A stretch of DNA of 64,000 nt from a virus. Numbering within the stretch: the first letter of the stretch is position 1; every line of letters begins with the position of its first letter. The translations under genes and the position numbers were made by a program. Positions 50,460 through 60,259 of this stretch are shown here, piece after piece. The notes under the pieces were generated by a model that ran no database searches, was not told the DNA's origin, and saw nothing but the letters and a program-made list of their open reading frames with translations. Location of the stretch: IMG/VR virus record IMGVR_UViG_3300045256_000567; one strand, given 5' to 3'.

Positions 50460-52737
50460 ATATTTTGCTAAAAAGTAGGGATTGGGTGTCTATATTAGAT
50501 ACTGAAAATAAAATTGGATTGAAATTACCTGTAAAGTTCGCAATAGATAGAGTATTAGATAAATTATTATCTATTTTTATTAAGATATCTAAAGCATTTG
50601 TGGTCGTATTTTGAGAAAAATTAAGTAAAACAAAATGTAAAGAACTGGAGGAAAGAGTAAATGTAACAGAATTTGCTGGAGTAGATGCATCTGTGACTGT
50701 AAACGTTCCAGAAGAAAAAGATATATTAACAAGAGATGTGTAAGTAGGTAATAAATTTAATTTTCCATCAATAGAAATATTTGCATTAAAACTTTTTTCA
50801 CTAAAAATAAACGATAAAAAGTTAGAAAATTCAAAAACATTACCAGCGGAAGAGTTTGATGGTACTTCATATAATCCATACCCAACATCATTAGTAGAAT
50901 GAAGAGAAGGTTCTAAAGAAGTTAATACGTTGTTAATTGTGTCTTTATTGTATAGAGAAATTTTTGGGTATCTGTTTATAAAATCTTTTTTAGGTCCATT
51001 TATCGCATTTAAGGTCCAGGGTGATACTGTGGCGTTTAGGAAAAACTCAAAAGTTTCAACAGGTGAATCTACAATAAAATCTACAAAAAAATTATTTTTT
51101 GCTTTTAGGTAAGCAATAGATGCATTATTGGGAGAATTATACACATAAGGACTACTAGACGTATTCAATGTTAAATCTAAAAAAGACAGATCACTATATA
51201 GATTTGGTGTTACCGGTAGTAGATTACACAAAATATTTGTATTTGGTGGAGTACAGAATGGAGTAAGTTCATATAAATCATCAATAAACTTTATATCGTA
51301 ATAGTTTTTAAAGTCAATATTAGTTGAAGATACAGTCTTTTTCCACGCATAACGAGATGACGTTATAAGAATACTTTTATTAATTATGTCTTGAGGAAGT
51401 AAACCAAATAAACTTTCTAAGTTATAACTAAAGATAAATGTAGTTTCTTTCAATAAACCAAATATATAAATTAAATAATCCTTAATATCTTTAAAATTAA
51501 CAACAGTAGTACCATCAACTTTTAAATATGAAGATTCTATTTGGAATCCTAAATTACAAAAGGTTTCTAATTTTTCATTTAATAAATTATTGTACAACGC
51601 ATTCATTAAATTAGATAGAGAGAATGAAGAAGTATCTATATATTTGTTAAATACAATTAGAATAACCGGCTTTGGAAGATTTTTTCTAGTTGAATTTAAA
51701 TAAGAATTTTTAACAGTTTTTAAAAACGATTTTATATTTGTTATATTATTCAGGAAATTTTGAAAATCAATTGGGACTATAAAGTAATCATATCCTTTAT
51801 CTTTTATACTTTGAACTGTATATATGAAGTTTGTTATATTTTGTGTAGAATTATTGATAAATAAATTAATGAATGCTTGGCTTATTATAAATGCGGCATT
51901 ATTATCAGTTTTAGAGGAAAACAGATGTATTGGAATATTGTCTTCTATTGCGCTTAATCTAGAATTTATATCACTTAAAGTAGTAGATAGATTAGGTGGA
52001 ATATTATTTATTTGAGATGTTAGTAAAGAAATGCTACTATTTATTGGATTAAGTGCGTTATTTAAATCATTTTGAGTTATATACCCACCGTTGGCAATTC
52101 CAGTAATCGCATTTTCTAAATTATATAACCTTTGCAATATGGGAAGTCTGCTAGGATTGTTAGGATCATCAGGAGAAAAACTGCTTCCAAATATTTCAAA
52201 ATAAGATGGCGATATTTTATTTATGTTTAAATTATTTACATTGTTAATTAACCCGTTTAATTGAGATAACAAGTTATTTATATTTGTTTGTATGGTAGTA
52301 ATTGTATTTGTAGATGAAATAGCAGAATCTATATCAGAAGATGTATATGATATACCAGACCAAAGAACTTTATTAGTTGGGTCAATGAAAGACGAAAAAC
52401 TAAAAAGCTTAACCCAAGCTGCGTTTGTGTTTAATATTGCTGGGTATGTATTTGGGTTAGTTACTACGCTATAATCAATGGAGTTTGCATTTACTAATCC
52501 AGATGGTAAAGAAATTAGATTCTTCCAGTTTGTTATATCAATTTTGAATTGAGACAGACCTTGAAGGTTTTCTAGAGATGTAGTATTTATATATGAAGAA
52601 GTTCCTAAAATTCTTTTTATTACAGTTCTAATTATATTTATATCATCAGAAATAGTTTGAGAAGGAAACGGTAAAGTTAAGTTGTCATTTACCGGTACTT
52701 GATATACTTCAATTGGTTCTAAGTGTCCGATTGGCAT
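50452..52737 (-). CDS. putative tail fibre-like protein
   Basis: N-terminal coiled-coil heptads (INNLLSQLNGLINNV), beta-rich C-terminus. Confidence 0.55.
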   Translation of the reverse strand: MPIGHLEPIEVYQVPVNDNLTLPFPSQTISDDINIIRTVIKRILGTSSYINTTSLENLQGLSQFKIDITNWKNLISLPSGLVNANSIDYSVVTNPNTYPAILNTNAAWVKLFSFSSFIDPTNKVLWSGISYTSSDIDSAISSTNTITTIQTNINNLLSQLNGLINNVNNLNINKISPSYFEIFGSSFSPDDPNNPSRLPILQRLYNLENAITGIANGGYITQNDLNNALNPINSSISLLTSQINNIPPNLSTTLSDINSRLSAIEDNIPIHLFSSKTDNNAAFIISQAFINLFINNSTQNITNFIYTVQSIKDKGYDYFIVPIDFQNFLNNITNIKSFLKTVKNSYLNSTRKNLPKPVILIVFNKYIDTSSFSLSNLMNALYNNLLNEKLETFCNLGFQIESSYLKVDGTTVVNFKDIKDYLIYIFGLLKETTFIFSYNLESLFGLLPQDIINKSILITSSRYAWKKTVSSTNIDFKNYYDIKFIDDLYELTPFCTPPNTNILCNLLPVTPNLYSDLSFLDLTLNTSSSPYVYNSPNNASIAYLKAKNNFFVDFIVDSPVETFEFFLNATVSPWTLNAINGPKKDFINRYPKISLYNKDTINNVLTSLEPSLHSTNDVGYGLYEVPSNSSAGNVFEFSNFLSFIFSEKSFNANISIDGKLNLLPTYTSLVNISFSSGTFTVTDASTPANSVTFTLSSSSLHFVLLNFSQNTTTNALDILIKIDNNLSNTLSIANFTGNFNPILFSVSNIDTQSLLFSKIYV

Positions 52738-52755
52738 ATGCTACCTAAAAAAATT

Positions 52756-54675
52756 TTAATATACTTCAAAGAATATAGTAATATAATCTATATTAACAAA
52801 AATATTTGTTGTTGCACCAACAAACCTTAATATAAAATATGGACTTGGACCAGAGTTAATATTATAATTATAAGAAAGCAAAGAATTGTTGTTAAACAAA
52901 TTATTAAATCCAAAACTAAACATTTGTTGTGTAGATGTTGATGCTGGAGAAGAAATTAACGAAGTACTTGAAAAATTTACACCATCAAGCCATTCTAGAT
53001 CTAATGTAAATGGTGTATCAGAAATGTTGCTACCAGTTGTTATATATACACGAAGTTTCATGGATATTGATTTAATAGAAGTAATTCTTCCATTTTCGGT
53101 GATTATAGGAAGAATAGGAATTACTATATAATTATTTGTACTTCCACTTTGTAAAAGTGTTTTGTATATTGATACAGTTCTCCATTTAGGCGGTGGATTT
53201 ATAGCTTGTGCAATATTAATCATGTTTTGATATGGAGTAAGAGCATTCGAAGAGGGGGAGAAGTTAATGGTATTTTGATTAACAACATTTATTTGACCAA
53301 GTAATACATAATCTCCAGTAACCGATTGAGTATTAGGAACAATAAGTAAATGTGGCCTTATATTAAGAATAGATGCCTGTGATGTAACTTTAGATAATGA
53401 ATTGTAAAAAGTTTGACCAAGTTCAGGAGAATCTATGTTTTTTACATATAAGTTATATATTTGAGAAGAAGTTGGATTTGGTATTTTTAATGTACCGCCA
53501 AATTTTCCAGCAAATGTAATATTATTTGGCATATCTAAATTTACACTTATTGGTAATGGTGTAGTTAATACATAATCAAAAGCATAAACAGAAGAATCCG
53601 GTCCAGGCAAAAATCCAGAATTAATATTTATTGTTCCATCTAAACTTATTTGTAAAACATCTACGGCCAATAAAGAACTTAGATTTGATAAATTTTTTAG
53701 TGTTCCGCTTGTTTTATCTAGTGTGAGAACGTTTATATAGCTTAAAGTTTCTGAACTCAAATTTTCAAAAGGTAAAGAGAACTGAGAAATAGTTACATTA
53801 TTAGAAGAAAACTGTTTATTAGAAAGTTTTTCCAAAAAGTAGAAAGAAACTTTATCCCCATCATTTATTAACAAGCTTGATAAATATAAATATATTTTAT
53901 TTGGAGAATCATCGCTTACTTTGTATAATATTTGAGTATTATAAACAGGTACATCCTTTGGAATATGATAATAAGAAGTGTTTACATTATTGTTTACAGT
54001 TGATTCAATTTCAAGAACAAGATCTTTGTTTGTAACAGAGCAGTTCATCAATGGAAACTCTATGTAACAATTAGATGGGTCGTTATTTACGCAGAAATTA
54101 CTTTTAAAATCACTCCACAATATCTTAGTTACTATATCTTTATTAAATTTTCCGTTTATGTCCTTTGGCAATGGACTTATTTTTCCTTGTCTTATCTTAT
54201 TAAAAGATACGTCTGTATAATTTAAATTTTGATTAATATTATAATCAGATTTAATTTGTGGGTGACCATTTACGTATACAAATGAAAATAAACCACTAGA
54301 ATAAGAAACTACATTTTCTGATGATAATATGGAATTTGGAACTTGTATCGGATTTGAAACAGAACCATTTAAAGGTACGTTGTCGTCGTATATAATGCTA
54401 TAGGTTAAACATTCATTATAATCATGCTTCGTAATTCCCTCTTTATCTAAGTATATAAATTTTTTATTATTACCCAAAGAAACATCAAGGAAATAATCAT
54501 TTCCTATAACATTTATATTAAAATTAAATATATTTGTTATTGGATCGTCACCAAAATATCCCTCTCCAAATACTCTTCTTATAGAATCCAATAAATCATC
54601 TGTATTTATGTTTGCTAAATTTAAAACATCAGATGCCCTTAAAAATTTTAGTTCTGTAGGATTAAACTTTTTCAT
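52756..54675 (-). CDS. putative baseplate/tail-associated protein
   Basis: 639 aa, beta-rich, translationally coupled to the baseplate J-like gene. Confidence 0.55.
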   Translation of the reverse strand: MKKFNPTELKFLRASDVLNLANINTDDLLDSIRRVFGEGYFGDDPITNIFNFNINVIGNDYFLDVSLGNNKKFIYLDKEGITKHDYNECLTYSIIYDDNVPLNGSVSNPIQVPNSILSSENVVSYSSGLFSFVYVNGHPQIKSDYNINQNLNYTDVSFNKIRQGKISPLPKDINGKFNKDIVTKILWSDFKSNFCVNNDPSNCYIEFPLMNCSVTNKDLVLEIESTVNNNVNTSYYHIPKDVPVYNTQILYKVSDDSPNKIYLYLSSLLINDGDKVSFYFLEKLSNKQFSSNNVTISQFSLPFENLSSETLSYINVLTLDKTSGTLKNLSNLSSLLAVDVLQISLDGTININSGFLPGPDSSVYAFDYVLTTPLPISVNLDMPNNITFAGKFGGTLKIPNPTSSQIYNLYVKNIDSPELGQTFYNSLSKVTSQASILNIRPHLLIVPNTQSVTGDYVLLGQINVVNQNTINFSPSSNALTPYQNMINIAQAINPPPKWRTVSIYKTLLQSGSTNNYIVIPILPIITENGRITSIKSISMKLRVYITTGSNISDTPFTLDLEWLDGVNFSSTSLISSPASTSTQQMFSFGFNNLFNNNSLLSYNYNINSGPSPYFILRFVGATTNIFVNIDYITIFFEVY

Positions 54676-56735
54676 TTCCTCCGCACCCCAATGTTGTACT
54701 TAGAGTAGAAATCTTTATTTATTATATTAGAATAAGAAATTCTGCAAACTTCTTTTTCTTTAGAAAAAGAATCCAGATCTTTGTACTGTATATATTGCAC
54801 ATCATTTAGTAAAGTATATAATAACTTTATTTCGTAAGAATTGCTTGAGCAGAATCCTGTTGTATCGTTTATTAAATTCTCACATAATTCGATATCATTG
54901 TCTGATGGTATAGGAAGAGTAAGGAATTTTATTTTTAAATAATTTGCTTCTACTGGATCAATACTTTCTACTGCTCTTAAACTCAAGCCTATTTTTGTAA
55001 AAGTGTTTAAATAATTTGATGCATTATTAAATGCTACTGAAGAAACCTCCTTAAAACATAGGTCTAAAGGCTTATTTTTACAATTAGTTTTAATTTCATT
55101 AATAAAATTAGTGTAATAATACCTATTTACACTATCTCCTAAAATATCCCCGTAAATATTGTTCAATATTTTTTCAACTATAGTTTTTTCCTGATAACGT
55201 GGTGCTTGTAAAAATAAATTACCGCCCGTTAAAGAAAATTTAGATAGGTAAGATATGTAGTTGTTGTAAGAATTAAAACCATTTTTAGAATATACGTATA
55301 ATGCCAATTTTCCTTGGTTAACAATATCTAAATATTCTGAATATGTAAAATATTGGGAGGGGTCAGAACACTTAGTAGGAATTTCGCTCAAACTGTTTGG
55401 AACAACATCATTATAGTAAGTCATGCATATAAAATTTTTATAAGTATTTTTATATAATTCAAATAATTCTGGGGTAAGGGAAAATCCCAAATATATATTA
55501 TTTACATTAAATTCATTGCTTAATATTTGCCAAATTTTTGAATAACTAATTTCTTCTCCAAGATCAAGTTTATTTAAATTATCTCCTAAGTATTGTTTTA
55601 GTCTGTTAATATCATTGTTAGATGATATGCTATCTGTTTCAAGAATTACATTAAATAAGTTGTTTTTCGCTAATCTTATGTTAATTATTGTTCCTGCCGG
55701 TTTAACGTCTTCAAGTTGCGACAAAAGCAAAGGTAAAAAGTTAGATATTGAACTAGAAGAAGTTATATATAAATCCAGTATTCCAGGATTATTTGTAGTG
55801 TATAATTGCGCTGAACTATTAGGAAGAAGTGTATATATTTTTGTTTGTATTGCTTGCAGAGTGCCTTTTGTTAAAGATCCTAAAAAGCTCCAATACCTTT
55901 GCCTATATGATTCATCGCTTTCCTCATCTATGCCTCCATTAATTTCAGAGCTATAGGCTAAAGTAAGCATCCCTCCTTCTACTTTTGCTATGGAATCAAT
56001 ATCTACAACAAGCTCGTTTGTAGGTAAGGAAGTATTTAATACATAATCAAAATTATTTTCTACTAAAAATTTAAAGTTTCCAGCATTTACAAAAGTATTA
56101 ACAACTCCACTACTAATATTTTTATTGCTTCCAGTATCAATAGAAATTAAAGGAAATACTAAATATTTGATATAAGAATTTGGATTTTGCTGTAATATAG
56201 ATATTGTATAGTTAGCTATCAATTCTGCTATTTTTTGATTTCCAGTGTCTGGATTTACTTCAAAAAATGATTCATCTGTTGCTTGTAAAAGTTTTATTGG
56301 AGGAAGTAATGCATAATCAAATATTCCATTAGTTGTAGATACTTTTATTGTAGAAGCTAAAGGTGGAGTATAAAGAACTCCAGAGTTCACGTCAAGTCTA
56401 CTAAATACTAACTTTGATAAAGAACTTGAAGTTATAGAATCAGATATATTAAAGCTTACAGGCATTAGGGTTACATATCCTAATGCTCTTGTTCCTTTTA
56501 TTCTTTCAATTTTAGATAATCCATAAATTAATTGATCTAAGTAAGATCCTGTAGCAGTATGCACATAACTATTATTTTTTATTTCATCTATAGATGAATA
56601 TACCTCTTCTAAAGCAGTTGAAACACTATAAAACATTGATTTTATAACGCTTCCATTTCTTAGAGCGTTAATTTTATTTTGTATAGTTAAAAATAAACTC
56701 TCTATAGAAGAAAGTATTTCAAATCTATCTGGCAC
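54672..56735 (-). CDS. baseplate J-like wedge protein
   Basis: TATGSYLD, GGIDEESDESYRQR, KGTLQAI and DVKPAGT. Confidence 0.85.
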   Translation of the reverse strand: MPDRFEILSSIESLFLTIQNKINALRNGSVIKSMFYSVSTALEEVYSSIDEIKNNSYVHTATGSYLDQLIYGLSKIERIKGTRALGYVTLMPVSFNISDSITSSSLSKLVFSRLDVNSGVLYTPPLASTIKVSTTNGIFDYALLPPIKLLQATDESFFEVNPDTGNQKIAELIANYTISILQQNPNSYIKYLVFPLISIDTGSNKNISSGVVNTFVNAGNFKFLVENNFDYVLNTSLPTNELVVDIDSIAKVEGGMLTLAYSSEINGGIDEESDESYRQRYWSFLGSLTKGTLQAIQTKIYTLLPNSSAQLYTTNNPGILDLYITSSSSISNFLPLLLSQLEDVKPAGTIINIRLAKNNLFNVILETDSISSNNDINRLKQYLGDNLNKLDLGEEISYSKIWQILSNEFNVNNIYLGFSLTPELFELYKNTYKNFICMTYYNDVVPNSLSEIPTKCSDPSQYFTYSEYLDIVNQGKLALYVYSKNGFNSYNNYISYLSKFSLTGGNLFLQAPRYQEKTIVEKILNNIYGDILGDSVNRYYYTNFINEIKTNCKNKPLDLCFKEVSSVAFNNASNYLNTFTKIGLSLRAVESIDPVEANYLKIKFLTLPIPSDNDIELCENLINDTTGFCSSNSYEIKLLYTLLNDVQYIQYKDLDSFSKEKEVCRISYSNIINKDFYSKYNIGVRRK

Positions 56736-56741
56736 AAATAG

Positions 56742-56768
56742 ATTATAGCATAGCTTGCAGAAAACCTA
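56742..56768 (-). promoter_or_regulatory. promoter motif copy heading the baseplate operon, leaderless
   Basis: TAGGTTTTCTGCAAGCTATGCTATAAT, 6 nt before GTG 56735. Its TAG is also the stop codon of the upstream gene. Confidence 0.75.
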
Positions 56769-57266
56769 ACTTTTGCAAATATTATAGGATCTATCTCCAG
56801 AGTCAAAAGAATTTACAGTTAAAGAATTAGAAAAAGTTCTACTTAAAGCATAAGCCTCTATTTCGTCAAATAAAAAATTAACTTTTATCACATACGGAAA
56901 ATTACTTAAATATTTTACAAAATTATCTATCGTATAACTTTTTATATAAAAATTTACTTCGTTATCTGTAATATTTTTTAAACTATATATAATTTTATTT
57001 TGATCAAAATTTAAAAAATATAATTTGTTTACTATTTCATTTTTTGCTGATAAAACATCTACAGATAAATTTTTAAATTTTAAAAATAAATACTCATTAC
57101 TAGAGTAATATTGATATGCAGAAGAGAAAAATGATATTTCAGTATTACCAGAATTCACGCTATATGAAGTAAATATTAAAAAATTTGAATAAGAAGTAGG
57201 AAGTTGTATATTCTGGTCTACAGAAAAATTTACAACTCTTCCTTGTGAGCTAGATATTGTAAACAT
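56766..57266 (-). CDS. hypothetical protein
   Basis: Operonic ORF. Confidence 0.6.
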   Translation of the reverse strand: MFTISSSQGRVVNFSVDQNIQLPTSYSNFLIFTSYSVNSGNTEISFFSSAYQYYSSNEYLFLKFKNLSVDVLSAKNEIVNKLYFLNFDQNKIIYSLKNITDNEVNFYIKSYTIDNFVKYLSNFPYVIKVNFLFDEIEAYALSRTFSNSLTVNSFDSGDRSYNICKS

Positions 57267-57271
57267 AAAAA

Positions 57272-57640
57272 TTATTTGTCATTTTTCTTTGTGACTTTTT
57301 TTGATTTTTTGGAGTCAGAATTGTTGTTATCTTTGCTATCTTCAGGAGAAGGTTCTATATTTTCAGATTTTACGTTTTCAGTATCTGTTTCTTGGTTATT
57401 ACTAGTATCACTTTGATTTGTGGTGTCTATTTTTTGAGTTTGTTCTTCTTCATTTATTACTTCGTATTGAGTAATAAATTTCATGCTTTTTAAGTTTTCT
57501 AAGAAATTAACTAAATCTTGTTCGGTTGCTGGGTCTGCTTCCAAATAAAGATCTTCATTTTCTTTGTAGACTTTGTATACCAGTCCTTTATAAAACATTC
57601 TTAGTTGAACGTAAGGATTTAACTTTACTTTCTTTCTCAT
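57272..57640 (-). CDS. hypothetical protein with disordered charged tail
   Basis: GAGGG RBS. Confidence 0.6.
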   Translation of the reverse strand: MRKKVKLNPYVQLRMFYKGLVYKVYKENEDLYLEADPATEQDLVNFLENLKSMKFITQYEVINEEEQTQKIDTTNQSDTSNNQETDTENVKSENIEPSPEDSKDNNNSDSKKSKKVTKKNDK

Positions 57641-57662
57641 ATTTTCCCTCTTTTGTATTATA

Positions 57663-57842
57663 CTACATTTTCGATTTTTTTCTGTACTTTTTGTACTCTT
57701 CGTTCCAATCTTTTACACTGTACTCACTGTTTTCTGTTTTCTTTTGTAAGTAAAAACTTATTAAGTTCTGCACTTCCTTTAAATCTTTTTTATTTTGTAA
57801 AATTTCTAATTTTCTTGAATACCAACTTTTTAAAGATTCCAT
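57663..57842 (-). CDS. 59-aa hypothetical protein missed by the ORF track
   Basis: MESLKSWYSRKLEILQNKK...KKSKM*; AGGTG RBS; fills the gap in a minus-strand operon. Confidence 0.65.
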   Translation of the reverse strand: MESLKSWYSRKLEILQNKKDLKEVQNLISFYLQKKTENSEYSVKDWNEEYKKYRKKSKM

Positions 57843-57849
57843 ATCACAC

Positions 57850-59754
57850 CTAAAGAAGAGTATACAACTCTATTGAATAATTTGATGAATTTATAGCAGT
57901 TGAAGAAAACTGTACGGTATGGGTAGTAGAAGGAACTAGAGAAGTCACATAAGATATTATACTACTACCGATTTTTAATATTGCAAGTATTTTCACAGGT
58001 TCAGAAAATTCAATTGTTGAAATTAAAAGGTTTCCGGCAAGTCTAGTGTCATGTTGTATTAAAGATATAGCGTTTGATTCTTTAATTGCTTCTGTTTTGT
58101 AACTAGAAATTAATGAAAGATTGTAAAGTGTTATAGTAGAACGCAAAGATGGAAGTATTAATTTGTAACTTGTTGGTACATAAGTCAAGGAATCTAAAAC
58201 TGTACCATCAACCCCAAGGGTTAAATATTTTTGTAAGTCTTCTCCAAGAAAGAAAGATATAAAAATATTTTTATAAATATCATTTGTATATATGCGGATA
58301 TAATTTGGAGACAAACTATATATTGGATTATATGAATTAGATGTTACGTCTCCATTTATTGATACAGAACTTAGTGAATAGTAGTTAGAAATAAGAAAAT
58401 TATTAGCTTGTGATATTAAGCTATTTATCTGTGTTAAATACGAAGCATCAAAATTATTTTTATAAATATTTAGATAGGTTTTTATTAATGCAGCTTGTAA
58501 AGGATCAGAAATGTTAGAATATTTTGTATTTACGTCCCACCCTACTGCATTTTCATCAAAAAATACTCTTTCTATTTCTTTAATCCAAGGATTTATATTT
58601 TCATTTGAAATATCTAGAATATTTATGAAAAATAAGTTAGTGCCCAAGGAATATATAGAAGGAAGAGTAAAAGTATTTTGATTGTAAATAATAGAATCAG
58701 GAAGCAAAGAAGCATTAGTATTTGGTATAGGAAGTTTTGGATAAAAAACACCAGAAGAAAGAGAAAAAGTTTTTAAAAAAATTAATATATCACTATAAAT
58801 GTTATAAGAAATAGTTAATAAATAAGGAATTTTTGTTGCTGTATATATAGATAATAATATATCTAGTATACTTACTTCTGCGCTTATTGGCTCATATTGT
58901 AAATTATTTTCATTATAATAGTATTCTTTATAAAGTAATTTATTTGCTGCTTTAGGCAATGAATTATATGTAGAAAATTCAGTAAAAGTAGATTCATTTA
59001 AAGAAGAAAGTATATTTGTTGAAAATAAATAAGATAAAATAGAATATCCAGATAAATAATATTTGTTTGTATTTGGTAAAAATCTATATTGCGAAGGGAA
59101 TTTAAAGTCGGTTAAAATTTGCAACTTATTACTTCCTATGCCTCTCCCAAGATAGAATAAAGTAATGTTGTTAGAAACAATAGATGATATAGATTTATAG
59201 ATAGATGTTTGCCTATAATTAGGATTACTAAAATATAAACCGCTAAAAATTTCTCTAAATAAGTAAGTTTCTCCTACCACCTGGTTCAATGGATTATAAT
59301 AAGTAGCTGTATATCTTTGATCTAGTGGTATATATCCAAGTTTTAAATCTTCAGTAGAATAAATAAATTTACTGTTTGCAGTTAATGCTATATACGAAAC
59401 GGTTTGGTTTACAGATTGGTAAGACAATTCTAATCCATCTAAATTAGAGGGCAAAAAAGTTTCATATAATAATTGATCATTAGAATTATAAATTCTAATT
59501 GAATAATTATTGGAAACTTGAATAGAGTTTGGATTTTTTATTTTTATTACAAATGTTTGGTTTAAATTATTTGTATCATTTAAATTGCCGGAAAGTAATT
59601 CAAAATAAATTCCGTCAGACAACACGCTAGTGCACAATGAGTTGTTTATAGAATAGTTTTTATTTAAATAAAACTTATTATTTTTATTTGTTAAAATAAA
59701 GCACTCATCAGATCCATATGAGCTAAAGAAATTTATAGCTTTAACCAAAGACAT
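57850..59754 (-). CDS. putative virion protein
   Basis: 634 aa, N/S/Y-rich; TATAAT 6 nt before the ATG. Confidence 0.55.
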   Translation of the reverse strand: MSLVKAINFFSSYGSDECFILTNKNNKFYLNKNYSINNSLCTSVLSDGIYFELLSGNLNDTNNLNQTFVIKIKNPNSIQVSNNYSIRIYNSNDQLLYETFLPSNLDGLELSYQSVNQTVSYIALTANSKFIYSTEDLKLGYIPLDQRYTATYYNPLNQVVGETYLFREIFSGLYFSNPNYRQTSIYKSISSIVSNNITLFYLGRGIGSNKLQILTDFKFPSQYRFLPNTNKYYLSGYSILSYLFSTNILSSLNESTFTEFSTYNSLPKAANKLLYKEYYYNENNLQYEPISAEVSILDILLSIYTATKIPYLLTISYNIYSDILIFLKTFSLSSGVFYPKLPIPNTNASLLPDSIIYNQNTFTLPSIYSLGTNLFFINILDISNENINPWIKEIERVFFDENAVGWDVNTKYSNISDPLQAALIKTYLNIYKNNFDASYLTQINSLISQANNFLISNYYSLSSVSINGDVTSNSYNPIYSLSPNYIRIYTNDIYKNIFISFFLGEDLQKYLTLGVDGTVLDSLTYVPTSYKLILPSLRSTITLYNLSLISSYKTEAIKESNAISLIQHDTRLAGNLLISTIEFSEPVKILAILKIGSSIISYVTSLVPSTTHTVQFSSTAINSSNYSIELYTLL

Positions 59755-59768
59755 AATTGTATTATATA

Positions 59769-60254
59769 ATGAAGAAGAGAAATATGGTAGACTTAATAGG
59801 AGTTTTATTATTAATTTACAATTTATTTACATTTGGTCAGCCAAATGATATTAAATATTCTTTTTCTATATCTTTAGATATTCAATATCAAACAGATATA
59901 TCAGCTAGCTTAGGATTAAAGGTTGATCCCGTTCTTATTTACGAAATAAATGATAAAAATAAACCATATTGCGGAATGTTTTTTTATAATGCAATTGTTT
60001 TAAATGATGCTTCCATGGGTAAATGTGAAGATACTCTATCTCATGAATTAAACCATTGGAAACAAAGGCAAGCAGTAGGGCCTTTTATGTTTTTAGGAAA
60101 TTATTTGCCTTGCAACAATAATCTTCCTCACGATATAGATGGAATTTGGTGTGCACATCCAAATTTCACTGATAGAAACATGCTACTTCCAAAAGGTTTA
60201 AATTACCCACTTTTTGAAATAAAGATACCACTTTTTTGGGATACATCTAAATAG
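59769..60254 (+). CDS. small exported/membrane protein with HExxH motif
   Basis: Hydrophobic N-terminus; TLSHELNHW. Start is 59769 or 59784. Confidence 0.5.
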   Translation: MKKRNMVDLIGVLLLIYNLFTFGQPNDIKYSFSISLDIQYQTDISASLGLKVDPVLIYEINDKNKPYCGMFFYNAIVLNDASMGKCEDTLSHELNHWKQRQAVGPFMFLGNYLPCNNNLPHDIDGIWCAHPNFTDRNMLLPKGLNYPLFEIKIPLFWDTSK

Positions 60255-60259
60255 ATATT

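Noticed and set aside
54735-54752. TTCTGCAAAC match as another promoter copy
   Set aside because: It lies inside a CDS on the antisense strand and lacks both TAGG and the TATAAT box.
57526-57853. Plus-strand 75-aa and 66-aa ORFs
   Set aside because: Shadow ORFs; a 59-aa minus-strand gene with an RBS fits the operon better.
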